A stretch of 40,782 nucleotides of DNA from IMG/VR virus record IMGVR_UViG_3300030397_000385, positions 1 through 40,782 of that record, one strand, 5' to 3'. Positions 15,929 to 24,874 of this stretch are shown one piece after another. Under the pieces are notes generated by a model. It had not been told where the DNA came from, searched no databases, and saw only the letters and a list, made by a program, of their open reading frames with translations. Numbering within the stretch: the stretch's first letter is position 1; every line of letters starts with the position of its first letter. This DNA comes from a virus (Duplodnaviria > Caudoviricetes). Made by a program: the position numbers and the translations under genes.

Positions 15929-16648
15929 ATGAAAGTCGAATTAATCAGAGTCTACTATGCTGGCGCACATGCTAACAAGGTTTTACCTCAAAACTATCAT
16001 ATTAAAGAGCCAGCAGGCAATGGATATGCTAGAGCCCTTATTATCCAGGGTCCTAAGCGTTCGTTGGTCTTCGACCCATTTAATTTTCAAGGCTGGGACG
16101 TTGCCAATCACTGCGGGGAAATAAACGTGCTAAACAACGGCCGTCAAGAGCCGTGCCAGCGTTACGACATGGACGTCGAATTCTGGAAAGAGTTCTTGCT
16201 AGAGAAGTGGCACCACTTTGCTAAACTAGGCATGAACAAAGATTGGCTTCGAGCTTCTATCATTATGAAAGAGCTTGGTGCTGAAGTGCCGAAAGTAATG
16301 ACGGCAGAAGCTGTGGACGCTATGGAGGCGAAGGGTGAAGATATTTCTGGCATCATCGTTCAAAAGCCGAAGAAGCAGCGTTCAGCTGGTAAAGAAGTAA
16401 ATCCTGAAGGTTTTAAACCATTGAAGAAACAAAGCAAGCGTGGTATGGTTTGCGAGTTCTTCTTGCAGGATACTCCGCAACCTATCGTTGAGTGTATGTC
16501 AAAATTTGATATGACTCGCTCAAATGTATTAAGTCACCTTTCTTGTGCTAACCGAGACCAAGGTTGGGGCTATGACATTGTTGGTGACTGCGTAAAAACT
16601 GTTGTACCTGAAGGCGTTGAGCCTTGGGAATTTGACATCCTTAACTAG
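15929..16648 (+). CDS. hypothetical protein, possible C-terminal winged HTH
   Basis: 239 aa; IVECMSKFDMTRSNVLSHL is HTH-like. Confidence 0.75.
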   Translation: MKVELIRVYYAGAHANKVLPQNYHIKEPAGNGYARALIIQGPKRSLVFDPFNFQGWDVANHCGEINVLNNGRQEPCQRYDMDVEFWKEFLLEKWHHFAKLGMNKDWLRASIIMKELGAEVPKVMTAEAVDAMEAKGEDISGIIVQKPKKQRSAGKEVNPEGFKPLKKQSKRGMVCEFFLQDTPQPIVECMSKFDMTRSNVLSHLSCANRDQGWGYDIVGDCVKTVVPEGVEPWEFDILN

Positions 16649-16659
16649 GAGCTAGACTT

Positions 16660-17262
16660 ATGAGCAAGAAAGAAACTCTACTGAAGAAAGGCCAGGCTGT
16701 AATCAATGGTAAGCAAGGCGACCGTAATGGCGCTATTGGTGTAATCGAAGAAGTAGGCACTTCATCATTCCGCGTCGCCTGGAAGCTGTCACCTCAAGGT
16801 GTGCCATATCCAGCCGATAAGACTTCGCGCTTTGCACTGACTGCTTTGGCACCGAAACAGCTTGACATCCTTGACCCAATCCCAGAAACACGTCGTGGCT
16901 TTGCATTCCTGTTCCCTTTGGAAATGCAATGTGACATTGACAAGATGGTTGAAGCACATCGTCAAGATGCAGAGCGTGAACAGTTGGCAGTACAAAATGA
17001 CTTCTTCATGATTGCTGGTGTGCATGATGATATGCGCTACAACATTCACGACCGTAGCTGCCCTACGCAGCCGCCATTGAAGAAATACCTAGACGAAGAT
17101 GAAGCTATTAGCGATGCTCAAGACATGGCGGCTAAATATGGCAATTCATACGTAGTCCTGGGGGTGACTACTATCGTTGCGCCCAAATCTGCCGAACAGA
17201 TTAAGCATGATGTGGTCGTCACTCGTAAAGCGGATTTGCAATTGGAAAACAAGTCTGAATAA
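16660..17262 (+). CDS. hypothetical protein
   Basis: AGGAG RBS; 200 aa. Confidence 0.75.
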   Translation: MSKKETLLKKGQAVINGKQGDRNGAIGVIEEVGTSSFRVAWKLSPQGVPYPADKTSRFALTALAPKQLDILDPIPETRRGFAFLFPLEMQCDIDKMVEAHRQDAEREQLAVQNDFFMIAGVHDDMRYNIHDRSCPTQPPLKKYLDEDEAISDAQDMAAKYGNSYVVLGVTTIVAPKSAEQIKHDVVVTRKADLQLENKSE

Positions 17263-17280
17263 TCGCAAGGCCAATCGTTT

Positions 17281-17319
17281 GATAAAAGCTATTAAAGACC
17301 TGATATAATTATCAGGTCT
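17281..17319 (+). promoter_or_regulatory. extended -10 promoter (TGn-TATAAT) inside a perfect 10-bp inverted repeat
   Basis: AGACCTGATA-TAAT-TATCAGGTCT at 17296-17319. Confidence 0.65.
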
Positions 17320-17341
17320 ATTTCGTTAACGGAGACAGTCA

Positions 17342-18076
17342 ATGATTGATAAACAAATACTTTTAAGCCCTCATGTAGAGCAAGAGCTACACGATGAAGT
17401 AGAACGCGTGCAAAAGCTATTAGCTCAATGCTATAATCGCACAGCTGACTTTAATGGCGAAGTGCTCGACCTTAAAGCTGACGATAGCGGTGTTAAGCCA
17501 TTAACTCCTGAGCGCTTTGTATTTCGTGTGAAAGCCTGCCTTGAAGAGCTTGAAGAAGCTATTGCAGCATACCAGCGTGGTGACCATGGGGAAGTTATCG
17601 ATGCCTTCTTAGACATGGATGTTTTCGGTCTTGGCGCAGTGCTAGAGATGAATGTTCCTGCAGGTCACTGCTTTGAAGACATCATCCTTGCTAACCTGGC
17701 TAAGAAGAAAGGCAAGTTGGCTAAGCGTCCTGAGTCTGGCGGTAATGATGCTGTCAAACCTGAAGGTTGGCAACCACCAAACCACGATTGGGTGTTCAGT
17801 CTATCGCCTGTCGCTATTCATGTGGCTAAGCTGCATGCTAAGAAAGATAATGACTACGGTCATTGGAGCGGCTACTTCCCATTCGGACATACAAGCTTCC
17901 TGCAAATGTTGCACATGAAGATTGAGCGTCTGAAAAACCTCAACCCTGACACGTTCAAAGGTGAAGTCAACAATGAGAGCGTATTAGACTCTGTGCTTGA
18001 CCTGGTGAACTACAGTAACTTCTATGCTGAGTGGTTAATGAACCCAGAAGCATTCCCAGCTATTGGAGCGCGTTAA
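17342..18076 (+). CDS. MazG-like/PRA-PH NTP pyrophosphatase fused to DUF1599 (nucleotide-modification-associated domain 1)
   Basis: EELEE..E.IDAFLD, ILANLAK and DAVKPEGWQPP (MazG-like). C-terminal KDNDYG..KIERL..NESVLDSVLDLVNYS (DUF1599-like). Confidence 0.75.
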   Translation: MIDKQILLSPHVEQELHDEVERVQKLLAQCYNRTADFNGEVLDLKADDSGVKPLTPERFVFRVKACLEELEEAIAAYQRGDHGEVIDAFLDMDVFGLGAVLEMNVPAGHCFEDIILANLAKKKGKLAKRPESGGNDAVKPEGWQPPNHDWVFSLSPVAIHVAKLHAKKDNDYGHWSGYFPFGHTSFLQMLHMKIERLKNLNPDTFKGEVNNESVLDSVLDLVNYSNFYAEWLMNPEAFPAIGAR

Positions 18077-19092
18077 TGAGTACTAACAGCCAATTAATGA
18101 TGCCAACAGCCAGCTGTCGAGCTGGCTTAGGCTTTGATGCTCTTTATTTCCAAATCATTGAGCAGACCCTTAAGCTTATGCGCCATGATGCGTCTAAGCT
18201 TTATCCGACTATCAATGAGCGAACAGGCCAGGTTTGTCATACATTTACAAGCGGTATTGGCTTTAGTTTCAATCTCTCGGAATACTTGCCAATATCAATG
18301 CTTCGCAACTTCTACCCGAAAACTGCGGCTGCTGAGTGTGCATGGTTTTTCCGCGGTGAGCAAGACTCAACCTTTATTGAGCAATACTGTGGTATCTGGA
18401 AAGACTTCACTGAAGACGATGGTAAAACGGTTAAAGCAGCTTATGGCTATCGCTGGCGTAAGCACTTCGGTCGTGACCAAGTTGAAGACCTTGTACAGTG
18501 CTTGATGAAAGACCCATCTAACCGCCGTACTGTGCTTTGTGCCTGGGACCCAGGCGATGACGGTCTTATGAACATGGGCACAAAGAATGTTCCGTGTCCT
18601 TTCGCAATGAGCTTCTACATTGTTAATGGTAAATTAATGTGTAGCTACTTTATTCGCTCTTCAGATTTGTACGTAGGCTTGCCGTACGACATTATGTGCA
18701 CTGCTTACGTAGTAGATGCACTTGTGCACGAAATTCGTCAAAGAGCGACGTACGAGCTTATCAGAACCCCGAACTCAGACCCAGTCACGCATGAGAAGTT
18801 GAGCATGCTTGCCAACTTAGGCCATGGTAGTATGTCGACCTTCTTAGGCAATCCTCATATGTACGACAATCATGTGGAGTTGGCTACTGAAGCTATTCAG
18901 CACTACCGTTGTAACAAAGCGACTTGGGAAACTTCTGAGCTTAAGTATGGTATGACGATGGCTCCTAAATTACCAGGTTGGTCATTCAGCGAAATCGCTG
19001 GGCATGCTAATGAGTATGTCGGCATGGTAGGTGAAGGTGCTCGTAAGTGCATCATGCCAGGGCTGGCTCAACGACCGGAGGTAGCAGTATGA
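18076..19092 (+). CDS. thyA: thymidylate synthase family protein (ThyA/dNMP hydroxymethylase-like)
   Basis: AYGYRWR.HFG.DQ, DPSNRR, catalytic PC, RSSDLYVGLPYD and HMYDNH motifs. GGAG precedes ATG 18076. Confidence 0.9.
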   Translation: MSTNSQLMMPTASCRAGLGFDALYFQIIEQTLKLMRHDASKLYPTINERTGQVCHTFTSGIGFSFNLSEYLPISMLRNFYPKTAAAECAWFFRGEQDSTFIEQYCGIWKDFTEDDGKTVKAAYGYRWRKHFGRDQVEDLVQCLMKDPSNRRTVLCAWDPGDDGLMNMGTKNVPCPFAMSFYIVNGKLMCSYFIRSSDLYVGLPYDIMCTAYVVDALVHEIRQRATYELIRTPNSDPVTHEKLSMLANLGHGSMSTFLGNPHMYDNHVELATEAIQHYRCNKATWETSELKYGMTMAPKLPGWSFSEIAGHANEYVGMVGEGARKCIMPGLAQRPEVAV

Positions 19093-19547
19093 ATGAGGTC
19101 AAACTCTCAGACCCCAAATGGCTTCAACGTGGGATGAATCTCGCGCTTGAAGCCAAGGAATGGAGTAAAGACCCTAAAGTCGGAGTTGGAGCCTGTGTGG
19201 CTCCTCCTTCGTTTAGGCAATTCTCCCTAGGTTTCAACGGTTTTCCAGCAGGCATTGCAGACACGACAGAGCGTCTCAACGACAAAGCGCTGAAGAACGA
19301 GTTAATGCGTCATGCCGAAGCGAATGCGCTTAGTAATGCTGCGTTTAACGTACGAGGTTGCTACTTATTTGTGACTCGCTCGCCGTGTGTTCGATGTGTG
19401 ATTGACCACATCATCCCAAACGGCATTAAAGCAGTAATCATTCACAGCCCTTCGAAAGGATACGATAGGCAGAGTTCTAGGTTTAAAGACCTTCAAAAAG
19501 CGCTATCATACTTACAAGAAGCTGACATAAAGGTTATCTACATATGA
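19089..19547 (+). CDS. dCMP deaminase family protein
   Basis: SKDP...VGA, GFNGFP.G, HAEANA and PCVRC motifs; ATGA overlap. Confidence 0.92.
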   Translation: MNEVKLSDPKWLQRGMNLALEAKEWSKDPKVGVGACVAPPSFRQFSLGFNGFPAGIADTTERLNDKALKNELMRHAEANALSNAAFNVRGCYLFVTRSPCVRCVIDHIIPNGIKAVIIHSPSKGYDRQSSRFKDLQKALSYLQEADIKVIYI

Positions 19548-19705
19548 CATATGTGACCGGTTGGATAATTAGACTTAACCCATTAGTGCCTAAAAAAGTA
19601 CATCTTATTGGGTGGTGCAATCATTGTAAGCTATTTGCCATCATGTACGAAGATGGCCGAGTAGCTCGAACTCATCAGAAATACTTGGAGCTAGACTATG
19701 ACTAA
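19544..19705 (+). CDS. small hypothetical protein (53 aa, not in ORF track)
   Basis: Reads MTYVTGWIIRL...WCNHCK...LELDYD. Fills the gap exactly, with an ATGA overlap upstream and an overlap with the next start. Confidence 0.55.
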   Translation: MTYVTGWIIRLNPLVPKKVHLIGWCNHCKLFAIMYEDGRVARTHQKYLELDYD

Positions 19706-20132
19706 AAGACGTAACAAGCGAGAAGTTAAACCCGTGCGCTGCCCTTACTGTGACAGTGTGGCACGTCTGGTGAAAGGCAATGAAATCTATCCTCACCGTA
19801 AAGACCTAGCGTACTTGAACTTCTACTTGTGCGATGGAACGCACTTCCGACCGCACGAAAGAGCGTACGTCGGAACGCACAAGGGGACGATTATCCCTCT
19901 AGGTCGTTTAGCCAATGAAGAGCTTCGCAAGGCTAAGTCTCAAGCCCACCGTGTCTTCGACCGTATCTGGCGTGAAGGACACCTATCACGACCGCAGGCT
20001 TATGCTTGGCTTTCAAAACAACTTGGTCTAACTCCCGCTATGACTCACATCGGTATGTTTACCGTTGAGCGATGTCAGGAAGTTGAACGCCTGGCGCGTA
20101 ACTACATGGCGGCTATTGAATTCGGAGATTAG
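19698..20132 (+). CDS. DUF3268 family zinc-finger protein
   Basis: CPYC, IYPHR, AYVGTH, PLGRLAN..LR, AH..FD.IW, AYAWL and HIGMF...C motifs. Confidence 0.85.
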   Translation: MTKRRNKREVKPVRCPYCDSVARLVKGNEIYPHRKDLAYLNFYLCDGTHFRPHERAYVGTHKGTIIPLGRLANEELRKAKSQAHRVFDRIWREGHLSRPQAYAWLSKQLGLTPAMTHIGMFTVERCQEVERLARNYMAAIEFGD

Positions 20133-20135
20133 CCT

Positions 20136-20816
20136 ATGTATCTTGGTGAAGACGGACCTATTAGTCCACGCTTTAACATGGAAGACGACGACTTTATGCA
20201 ACTAGGGCCTTGCGGTCCATCAGGAGATGAAGATATGGGTGAAATGGCTGACTATTACTGTGACTTAGCTATGGACATTGATGAACGCTGGTTAAGTTCA
20301 AAATATATACATGATGGCACTCGTACTGGCCACTTCGACCGAGACCCTTTACACTACCATGTTAAGGTTTTCGCTAAGGAAGTTAATTCCACTAGTAAAG
20401 CTATTCTCATCGAGTGGCACGACCGCGACAAGCCTGTTAAAGTCTGGGTACCTAAAAAGTGCATTAAAGACCGAGGTGAAGGTTACTTCTTTATCTGGAA
20501 AAAGTTCTGGATGGCTAAGCAAGAAGAGATGAACTGGACTGCTGAAGTGCAAGAAGAGCATGACCGTCAAAAGCAAGTCGAGTCTGCTATCTGCTCTTTT
20601 GTACCAGGCAATAAGACTCTCGATGAGCTTGAAGAAATGGACTGCTCTCACCTTGTGACCAAGAAAAAGAAGCCTGAAGGTGGATGTGGACGCGGGTCTG
20701 AGAGAGTTGACTGCTCTAATATGGTAAGTGAGCGCCATAAGCGTAAGAAGGCTCGCCAGGCGGAACAAGATAAACTACCGCCAATGTCTGAACTTGATGA
20801 ATTTGGAGGCTTCTAA
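20136..20816 (+). CDS. hypothetical protein
   Basis: 226 aa; TSKAILI...WVPKK motif common in phage proteins. Confidence 0.75.
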   Translation: MYLGEDGPISPRFNMEDDDFMQLGPCGPSGDEDMGEMADYYCDLAMDIDERWLSSKYIHDGTRTGHFDRDPLHYHVKVFAKEVNSTSKAILIEWHDRDKPVKVWVPKKCIKDRGEGYFFIWKKFWMAKQEEMNWTAEVQEEHDRQKQVESAICSFVPGNKTLDELEEMDCSHLVTKKKKPEGGCGRGSERVDCSNMVSERHKRKKARQAEQDKLPPMSELDEFGGF

Positions 20817-21124
20817 TGGCTAAGAAATACGGTGGATTTAATCTATCAAAACTTCGCTTTTATGTAGAGAAAGGTCCTCGCTTTCCGAACTGTGTACTTT
20901 TCCTCTATATACCTGAGCCTGAGACACATTATCGGCAAGTTCGACATAGCGTTAGTGCTTCATTTATAAGCCGAATTCCTAAGGAATCAGACTTTTGGCA
21001 GCAAGATGAGTACGAAGCCAATGTAAGGGCTTGGTGTGTCAAACAAGCTACTAAACTTGACCTGTTTAATAAACTAAGGAAGGCAGTCTATGAGCGCAAC
21101 GGCCGAAAAGACCCTAAGCAGTAA
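20816..21124 (+). CDS. hypothetical protein
   Basis: GGAGG RBS; TAATG overlap. Confidence 0.7.
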   Translation: MAKKYGGFNLSKLRFYVEKGPRFPNCVLFLYIPEPETHYRQVRHSVSASFISRIPKESDFWQQDEYEANVRAWCVKQATKLDLFNKLRKAVYERNGRKDPKQ

Positions 21125-21536
21125 ATGTGTGAAGCAGAAACCTAAAGGTTGGTTCCACGAGCGCATTGAGAACAGTAGCGGCAATGGCACTGCTGATTTA
21201 GTCCTGTCTCGCAATAATATCGATGTGTGGCTGGAGCTTAAATGCGCTCCTATGCCTAAAAGCGGGGTTGTGTCACTGAAGCACATTCGCAGAGGACAAA
21301 TTCAGTGGCATCGTAAGAAGAGATTCGCAGGCTGTAAAACCTTCTTTCTAATTCAAGTCGGCTCAGGAGCTAAAGCTGTATATTACCTGGTCGACAGCGT
21401 ATATGGCAAACAGTTAAAAGAAGGTACCTATTTAGAAGACCTAGACATCATAAGTGACTGTAAAGGTCATGATTTATCGGTAGTTTTACATGTAGCCTGC
21501 GACATAGTTGAAAATTTAGTCCTCAAGAACCCATGA
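21090..21536 (+). CDS. PD-(D/E)XK nuclease (VRR-NUC/Holliday junction resolvase-like)
   Basis: RIEN....GTAD...WLELK...R.GQIQW motifs. Confidence 0.8.
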   Translation: MSATAEKTLSSKCVKQKPKGWFHERIENSSGNGTADLVLSRNNIDVWLELKCAPMPKSGVVSLKHIRRGQIQWHRKKRFAGCKTFFLIQVGSGAKAVYYLVDSVYGKQLKEGTYLEDLDIISDCKGHDLSVVLHVACDIVENLVLKNP

Positions 21537-21875
21537 ACTGAGGTCTAAATTCCAGTTAGGTAGCGAGCGGTATTCAACAGGCCTTCCATCGTCCAACGCT
21601 CGCTCAATCCCTTCCTCCATACCTTTCGAAATGCCTAAGTCCGTATAGACCACGGTTGCGTCCAAACGAGAGCTAATCTCAAAGCCTGCGTCCATGCCTA
21701 GGCGGCGCTGCTCGGGGATTTCATCGTCCAGCACGCCTTCCTGAGTATATAGAGCATGCATCGCAAAAGGGGCTTCACTTCTCAAAAGACAGTCATGCAT
21801 ACAAGCCCTTAAGTAGCGGAGGTTGTCCTCCTCATTGCCCGCAAAAGGGGACTCGATACTCACACAGCGCATCAT
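21516..21875 (-). CDS. nucleoside 2-deoxyribosyltransferase-like fold protein
   Basis: IESPFAG, EAPFA.H.LYTQ, VVYTDLGISKGM..GI..A and VEYR motifs. Confidence 0.7.
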   Translation of the reverse strand: MMRCVSIESPFAGNEEDNLRYLRACMHDCLLRSEAPFAMHALYTQEGVLDDEIPEQRRLGMDAGFEISSRLDATVVYTDLGISKGMEEGIERALDDGRPVEYRSLPNWNLDLSSWVLED

Positions 21876-23110
21876 AGACCTCCTTGCGACTCGATAATGG
21901 CGCGAACTGCACGGATATTAAGGGTGGCACGACCGATTTCACCATACTCCTTGTGAAGGTCAACACGGGTAATAGACTGCTGACTGCGCCAACCGCCATC
22001 ATGGGCATACTTATCTTTGTTGGCTAGAGTATTGAACGATTCAATGGTAATACCGCGGAACTCATTGCTTGTGTGACGGTGGTGAATATGGCCAACCCAA
22101 ATATAGTGGTGTTCACACTCGCCAAAGTCTTTGCGACCGTCATTGATTAGAACGTCGATGAGCTTGTCAGGTTTACATTTGTCAGAATGGTGGGTTAGGA
22201 CTTGAGTCTTGCCCATACGGTAGAAGGTGAAGACATTTGTATTATCCAGCACATTAACACGAGGCTCATCGCGGTAGTGCATTCGTAGAAGTTGGGCCAT
22301 CCACAAGTCGTTGGTCCGAGAGTGGTTACCCTGGTTGATGATAACGTCAACTTCATCATGGACGTCAAGAGCACAGTCAATCGCTTCAATCATCACCGTA
22401 ACGTATGCCTGAATCATCTTAACAAAGCGACCGTCACAGTCGAGCATGTGTCCACTAGCTTCTGTGACGCCAGCCATGTTCTCGTAGTGAGTTGCATCGC
22501 CGAAGTCGTTAATAACACATTTAGCTGCGGGTTCAGTATTGCGGATGAGGCTACATAGACCAACGGATAATTCGCGAGTCGCCTTCTTGATGTCGAAGTT
22601 CTCGCCTACTTCCATTTCATGGGCTAGCATACCAATATGGGCGTCACCGATGTTATACCATGGAACGACATTCTCATCATAATAGCTATGACGGACTCGG
22701 TCGATACAAGCCGCTGCAGGATACTCAGCCAGCATAGCGCTGATAGCTTCTTTCAGGAGCTCAAGCTTATCAAAGTCTTTATCAAACTCATAGCGGTTCC
22801 AGACCTGTTCAATTTCACCGTTCTTAACGTGAACAGTTTGCTTACCTAAGTGCTGGCCTGGTGCCAAAGGACCGCCTTGCTCCAGGTGCATATAGTCAGG
22901 ACCGACATTGCCTTTAGCGGCTTTCCGTTCTACGGCTTGTACAGCATGTGCAACCGTAGCCGAATTCTTACCGAGTTGTTTCGCCGTATACGCTGCGGAG
23001 CAGTCATGCTCTAGCATATACTCAATATAGACTTTTTGTTGACCGATAGCAAAGGGGTGAATTGCCTCCAAGTGTTCCTTGCTATACGTCTTGCCTTTCT
23101 GAGTTTTCAT
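21872..23110 (-). CDS. calcineurin-like metallophosphoesterase with N-terminal HTH
   Basis: GDAHIG, GDATH, GNH, HH.D and GHIHH motifs; N-terminal AKQLGKN.ATV HTH. GGAG precedes ATG 23110. Confidence 0.85.
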   Translation of the reverse strand: MKTQKGKTYSKEHLEAIHPFAIGQQKVYIEYMLEHDCSAAYTAKQLGKNSATVAHAVQAVERKAAKGNVGPDYMHLEQGGPLAPGQHLGKQTVHVKNGEIEQVWNRYEFDKDFDKLELLKEAISAMLAEYPAAACIDRVRHSYYDENVVPWYNIGDAHIGMLAHEMEVGENFDIKKATRELSVGLCSLIRNTEPAAKCVINDFGDATHYENMAGVTEASGHMLDCDGRFVKMIQAYVTVMIEAIDCALDVHDEVDVIINQGNHSRTNDLWMAQLLRMHYRDEPRVNVLDNTNVFTFYRMGKTQVLTHHSDKCKPDKLIDVLINDGRKDFGECEHHYIWVGHIHHRHTSNEFRGITIESFNTLANKDKYAHDGGWRSQQSITRVDLHKEYGEIGRATLNIRAVRAIIESQGGL

Positions 23111-23138
23111 GGTATTTCTCCAGGTCCATAAATGAAGG

Positions 23139-23158
23139 AAGGCGGCCGAAGCCACCTA
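23139..23158 (-). terminator. UUCG hairpin (weak terminator or stabilising stem)
   Basis: Minus strand GGTGGC-TTCG-GCCGCC followed by TTCCTT. Confidence 0.5.
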
Positions 23159-23164
23159 GGGGAA

Positions 23165-23440
23165 TTATGCTACTAGACTCTTGAGCCAGTCTACAGCACC
23201 CGAGCCGAGTAACTGTGAGCCGAAGCCCATGACTGCTAAACACGCGACTAAGAAGAATCGACCGCCAGCGGTATCAAGTCGCGTTCGCCACTTGCGGAGG
23301 TGTTGTTGGTCTTTCTGCACCTCAATAGGATTGGATGCGTCAATACCGTAACTAGTGAGTGTCTCTTTGACCACGTGTGGAACAGTTTCACGAACCGCCA
23401 TCTCCACGACTCGTTTGGTCTCGTCCTCTGTCATTGCCAT
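23165..23440 (-). CDS. small membrane protein downstream of the spanins
   Basis: GAGG RBS; single C-terminal TM segment. Confidence 0.7.
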   Translation of the reverse strand: MAMTEDETKRVVEMAVRETVPHVVKETLTSYGIDASNPIEVQKDQQHLRKWRTRLDTAGGRFFLVACLAVMGFGSQLLGSGAVDWLKSLVA

Positions 23441-23750
23441 TGTTATTTACCTCGTTTTGATAGTATCGAAGCTGCCATTGAGCTTCACTAATCCAACGAA
23501 GAATCTCCGCCATATTGAGTGAGAGGTTTTCGTAGTCACCAGGGGACAGAGCGAAATAAACCTTCTCTGTGCCGTCCTCGTCTTTGACTATAATCACTTC
23601 CCAGTTAATATTGTATAGCTTTACTGGATGGGGGTCCGGTAAAACTATAACCGTCGGCTCATTCACTACTACTTCAGTCGGTTTTAGGTTCAGTAGATTC
23701 TTCGAGCATCCTGAAAGTGTCACGAGTGCCATTATTAAGCCTATCTTCAA
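23388..23750 (-). CDS. Rz1: o-spanin (Rz1-like lipoprotein)
   Basis: Lipobox LSGC and a Pro-rich segment; overlaps the Rz 3' end. TTG 23750 gives MKIGLIMALVTLSGC; the track start at 23807 is the alternative. Confidence 0.8.
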   Translation of the reverse strand: MKIGLIMALVTLSGCSKNLLNLKPTEVVVNEPTVIVLPDPHPVKLYNINWEVIIVKDEDGTEKVYFALSPGDYENLSLNMAEILRWISEAQWQLRYYQNEVNNNGNDRGRDQTSRGDGGS

Positions 23751-24084
23751 TAAGTCCAGGCTTCTTTTTAGCCAGCGCTTCCAGGTCGTGTTTTCTAAAT
23801 TTGCCATTTAACGCCTCCAATTCCTTACGAGCGGTTTGTTGATTATTGTTGAAGTCCTCTAGAGTGGCTTCAAACTCATCAAACTTTTCGTATGCCTTGT
23901 CCAACAAGGCTTGGAGCTTTTTTGTTGCTTCTTGCTCCCTCTCAAAAGCGTCTTCAAGTACAGCGTTATTCTGTACTAATAAGTCTCGTTCGGAAACTAC
24001 TGAATTGTAATGAGAATAAGCACTTAGCATCAAAATGACGAAAAGCACGATTGCTCCCCACTTAAAATATTGCATGAAAGGCAT
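23674..24084 (-). CDS. Rz: i-spanin (Rz-like)
   Basis: N-terminal TM plus coiled coil; KKPGLIE..LN motif. Confidence 0.8.
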   Translation of the reverse strand: MPFMQYFKWGAIVLFVILMLSAYSHYNSVVSERDLLVQNNAVLEDAFEREQEATKKLQALLDKAYEKFDEFEATLEDFNNNQQTARKELEALNGKFRKHDLEALAKKKPGLIEDRLNNGTRDTFRMLEESTEPKTD

Positions 24085-24086
24085 AA

Positions 24087-24332
24087 TTATTTCCTCTTAA
24101 ACAGGGTTACGGCATTATCATCCAATATAGCGCCGAATACGTAACCCAGAACTGTAATGCCAATCACTATGAAGCTATACTCGATAGCTGTATCACCATG
24201 TGCGGGTTCTCGCCATAAGCAGAATACGATTACCGCCATACAAAACACCAAAACCTGGTGCATCATACGACGACGCCTAGGCCATGTATCCAGCCTAGGC
24301 GTCGTTTTAGTCTCTATTTGCTCGTTTTCCAT
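24087..24332 (-). CDS. holin-like two-TM protein
   Basis: WPRRRR, two TMs, YVFGA..DD; lies between endolysin and spanins. Confidence 0.75.
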   Translation of the reverse strand: MENEQIETKTTPRLDTWPRRRRMMHQVLVFCMAVIVFCLWREPAHGDTAIEYSFIVIGITVLGYVFGAILDDNAVTLFKRK

Positions 24333-24391
24333 ATCTCTGTCCTGTTCGGTTACGCCTCAAGACTCGCACTAAACAGGCTGCGTACCGAAGC

Positions 24392-24865
24392 TTATTTATC
24401 GCGATAGAAACAGTGTGCACCAACTTGACCAAGGTACTCCATCTTGTCTTCCCAACCCTCTGGACTCTCACTGTCACAACGTAGATAATGATTAACACCT
24501 TCGAAGCCAGGCGGGGTATCAGCATACATAATAGAATCACTATTTGCAACAATAGTGGCATAGTCTCCAAGGTTTTCTTGCTTGAAGGCCCACAGTTTGT
24601 AGATTGGGATGAGCGTCCAGGAGAATTGCGCTGGTTGGTAGATTGTTTCACAGATTGTATCCCCCCAGCGTTTATCTTTGGTACGGTTCTTAACAACCTC
24701 GGCCACTAGAATCTGGCCGAGAAGCGGTTCACTAACCGCCTCATAAAAAATATTGTCAATCATACACTGCTGAGCTTCGGCTGTGAACTCTTGCGGTTCA
24801 GATGTAGCCACTGTTAGAGTTGCAAGGGCTATTGCCCCTGCATGCATCCAAGCTGGAAAAATCAT
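24392..24865 (-). CDS. cell wall hydrolase (SleB/Hydrolase_2), probable signal-peptide endolysin
   Basis: C...NIFYEA..E...GQ..VA.VV.NR, TIC..IYQP.QFSW and G.H.FY motifs; N-terminal signal; TAAGGAG RBS. Confidence 0.9.
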   Translation of the reverse strand: MIFPAWMHAGAIALATLTVATSEPQEFTAEAQQCMIDNIFYEAVSEPLLGQILVAEVVKNRTKDKRWGDTICETIYQPAQFSWTLIPIYKLWAFKQENLGDYATIVANSDSIMYADTPPGFEGVNHYLRCDSESPEGWEDKMEYLGQVGAHCFYRDK

Positions 24866-24874
24866 ACGCTCTCC

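Noticed and set aside
24307-24696. 129-aa - strand ORF overlapping endolysin and holin
   Set aside because: No RBS, no TM or lipobox, and the real spanins are already identified; treated as an alternative-frame artefact.
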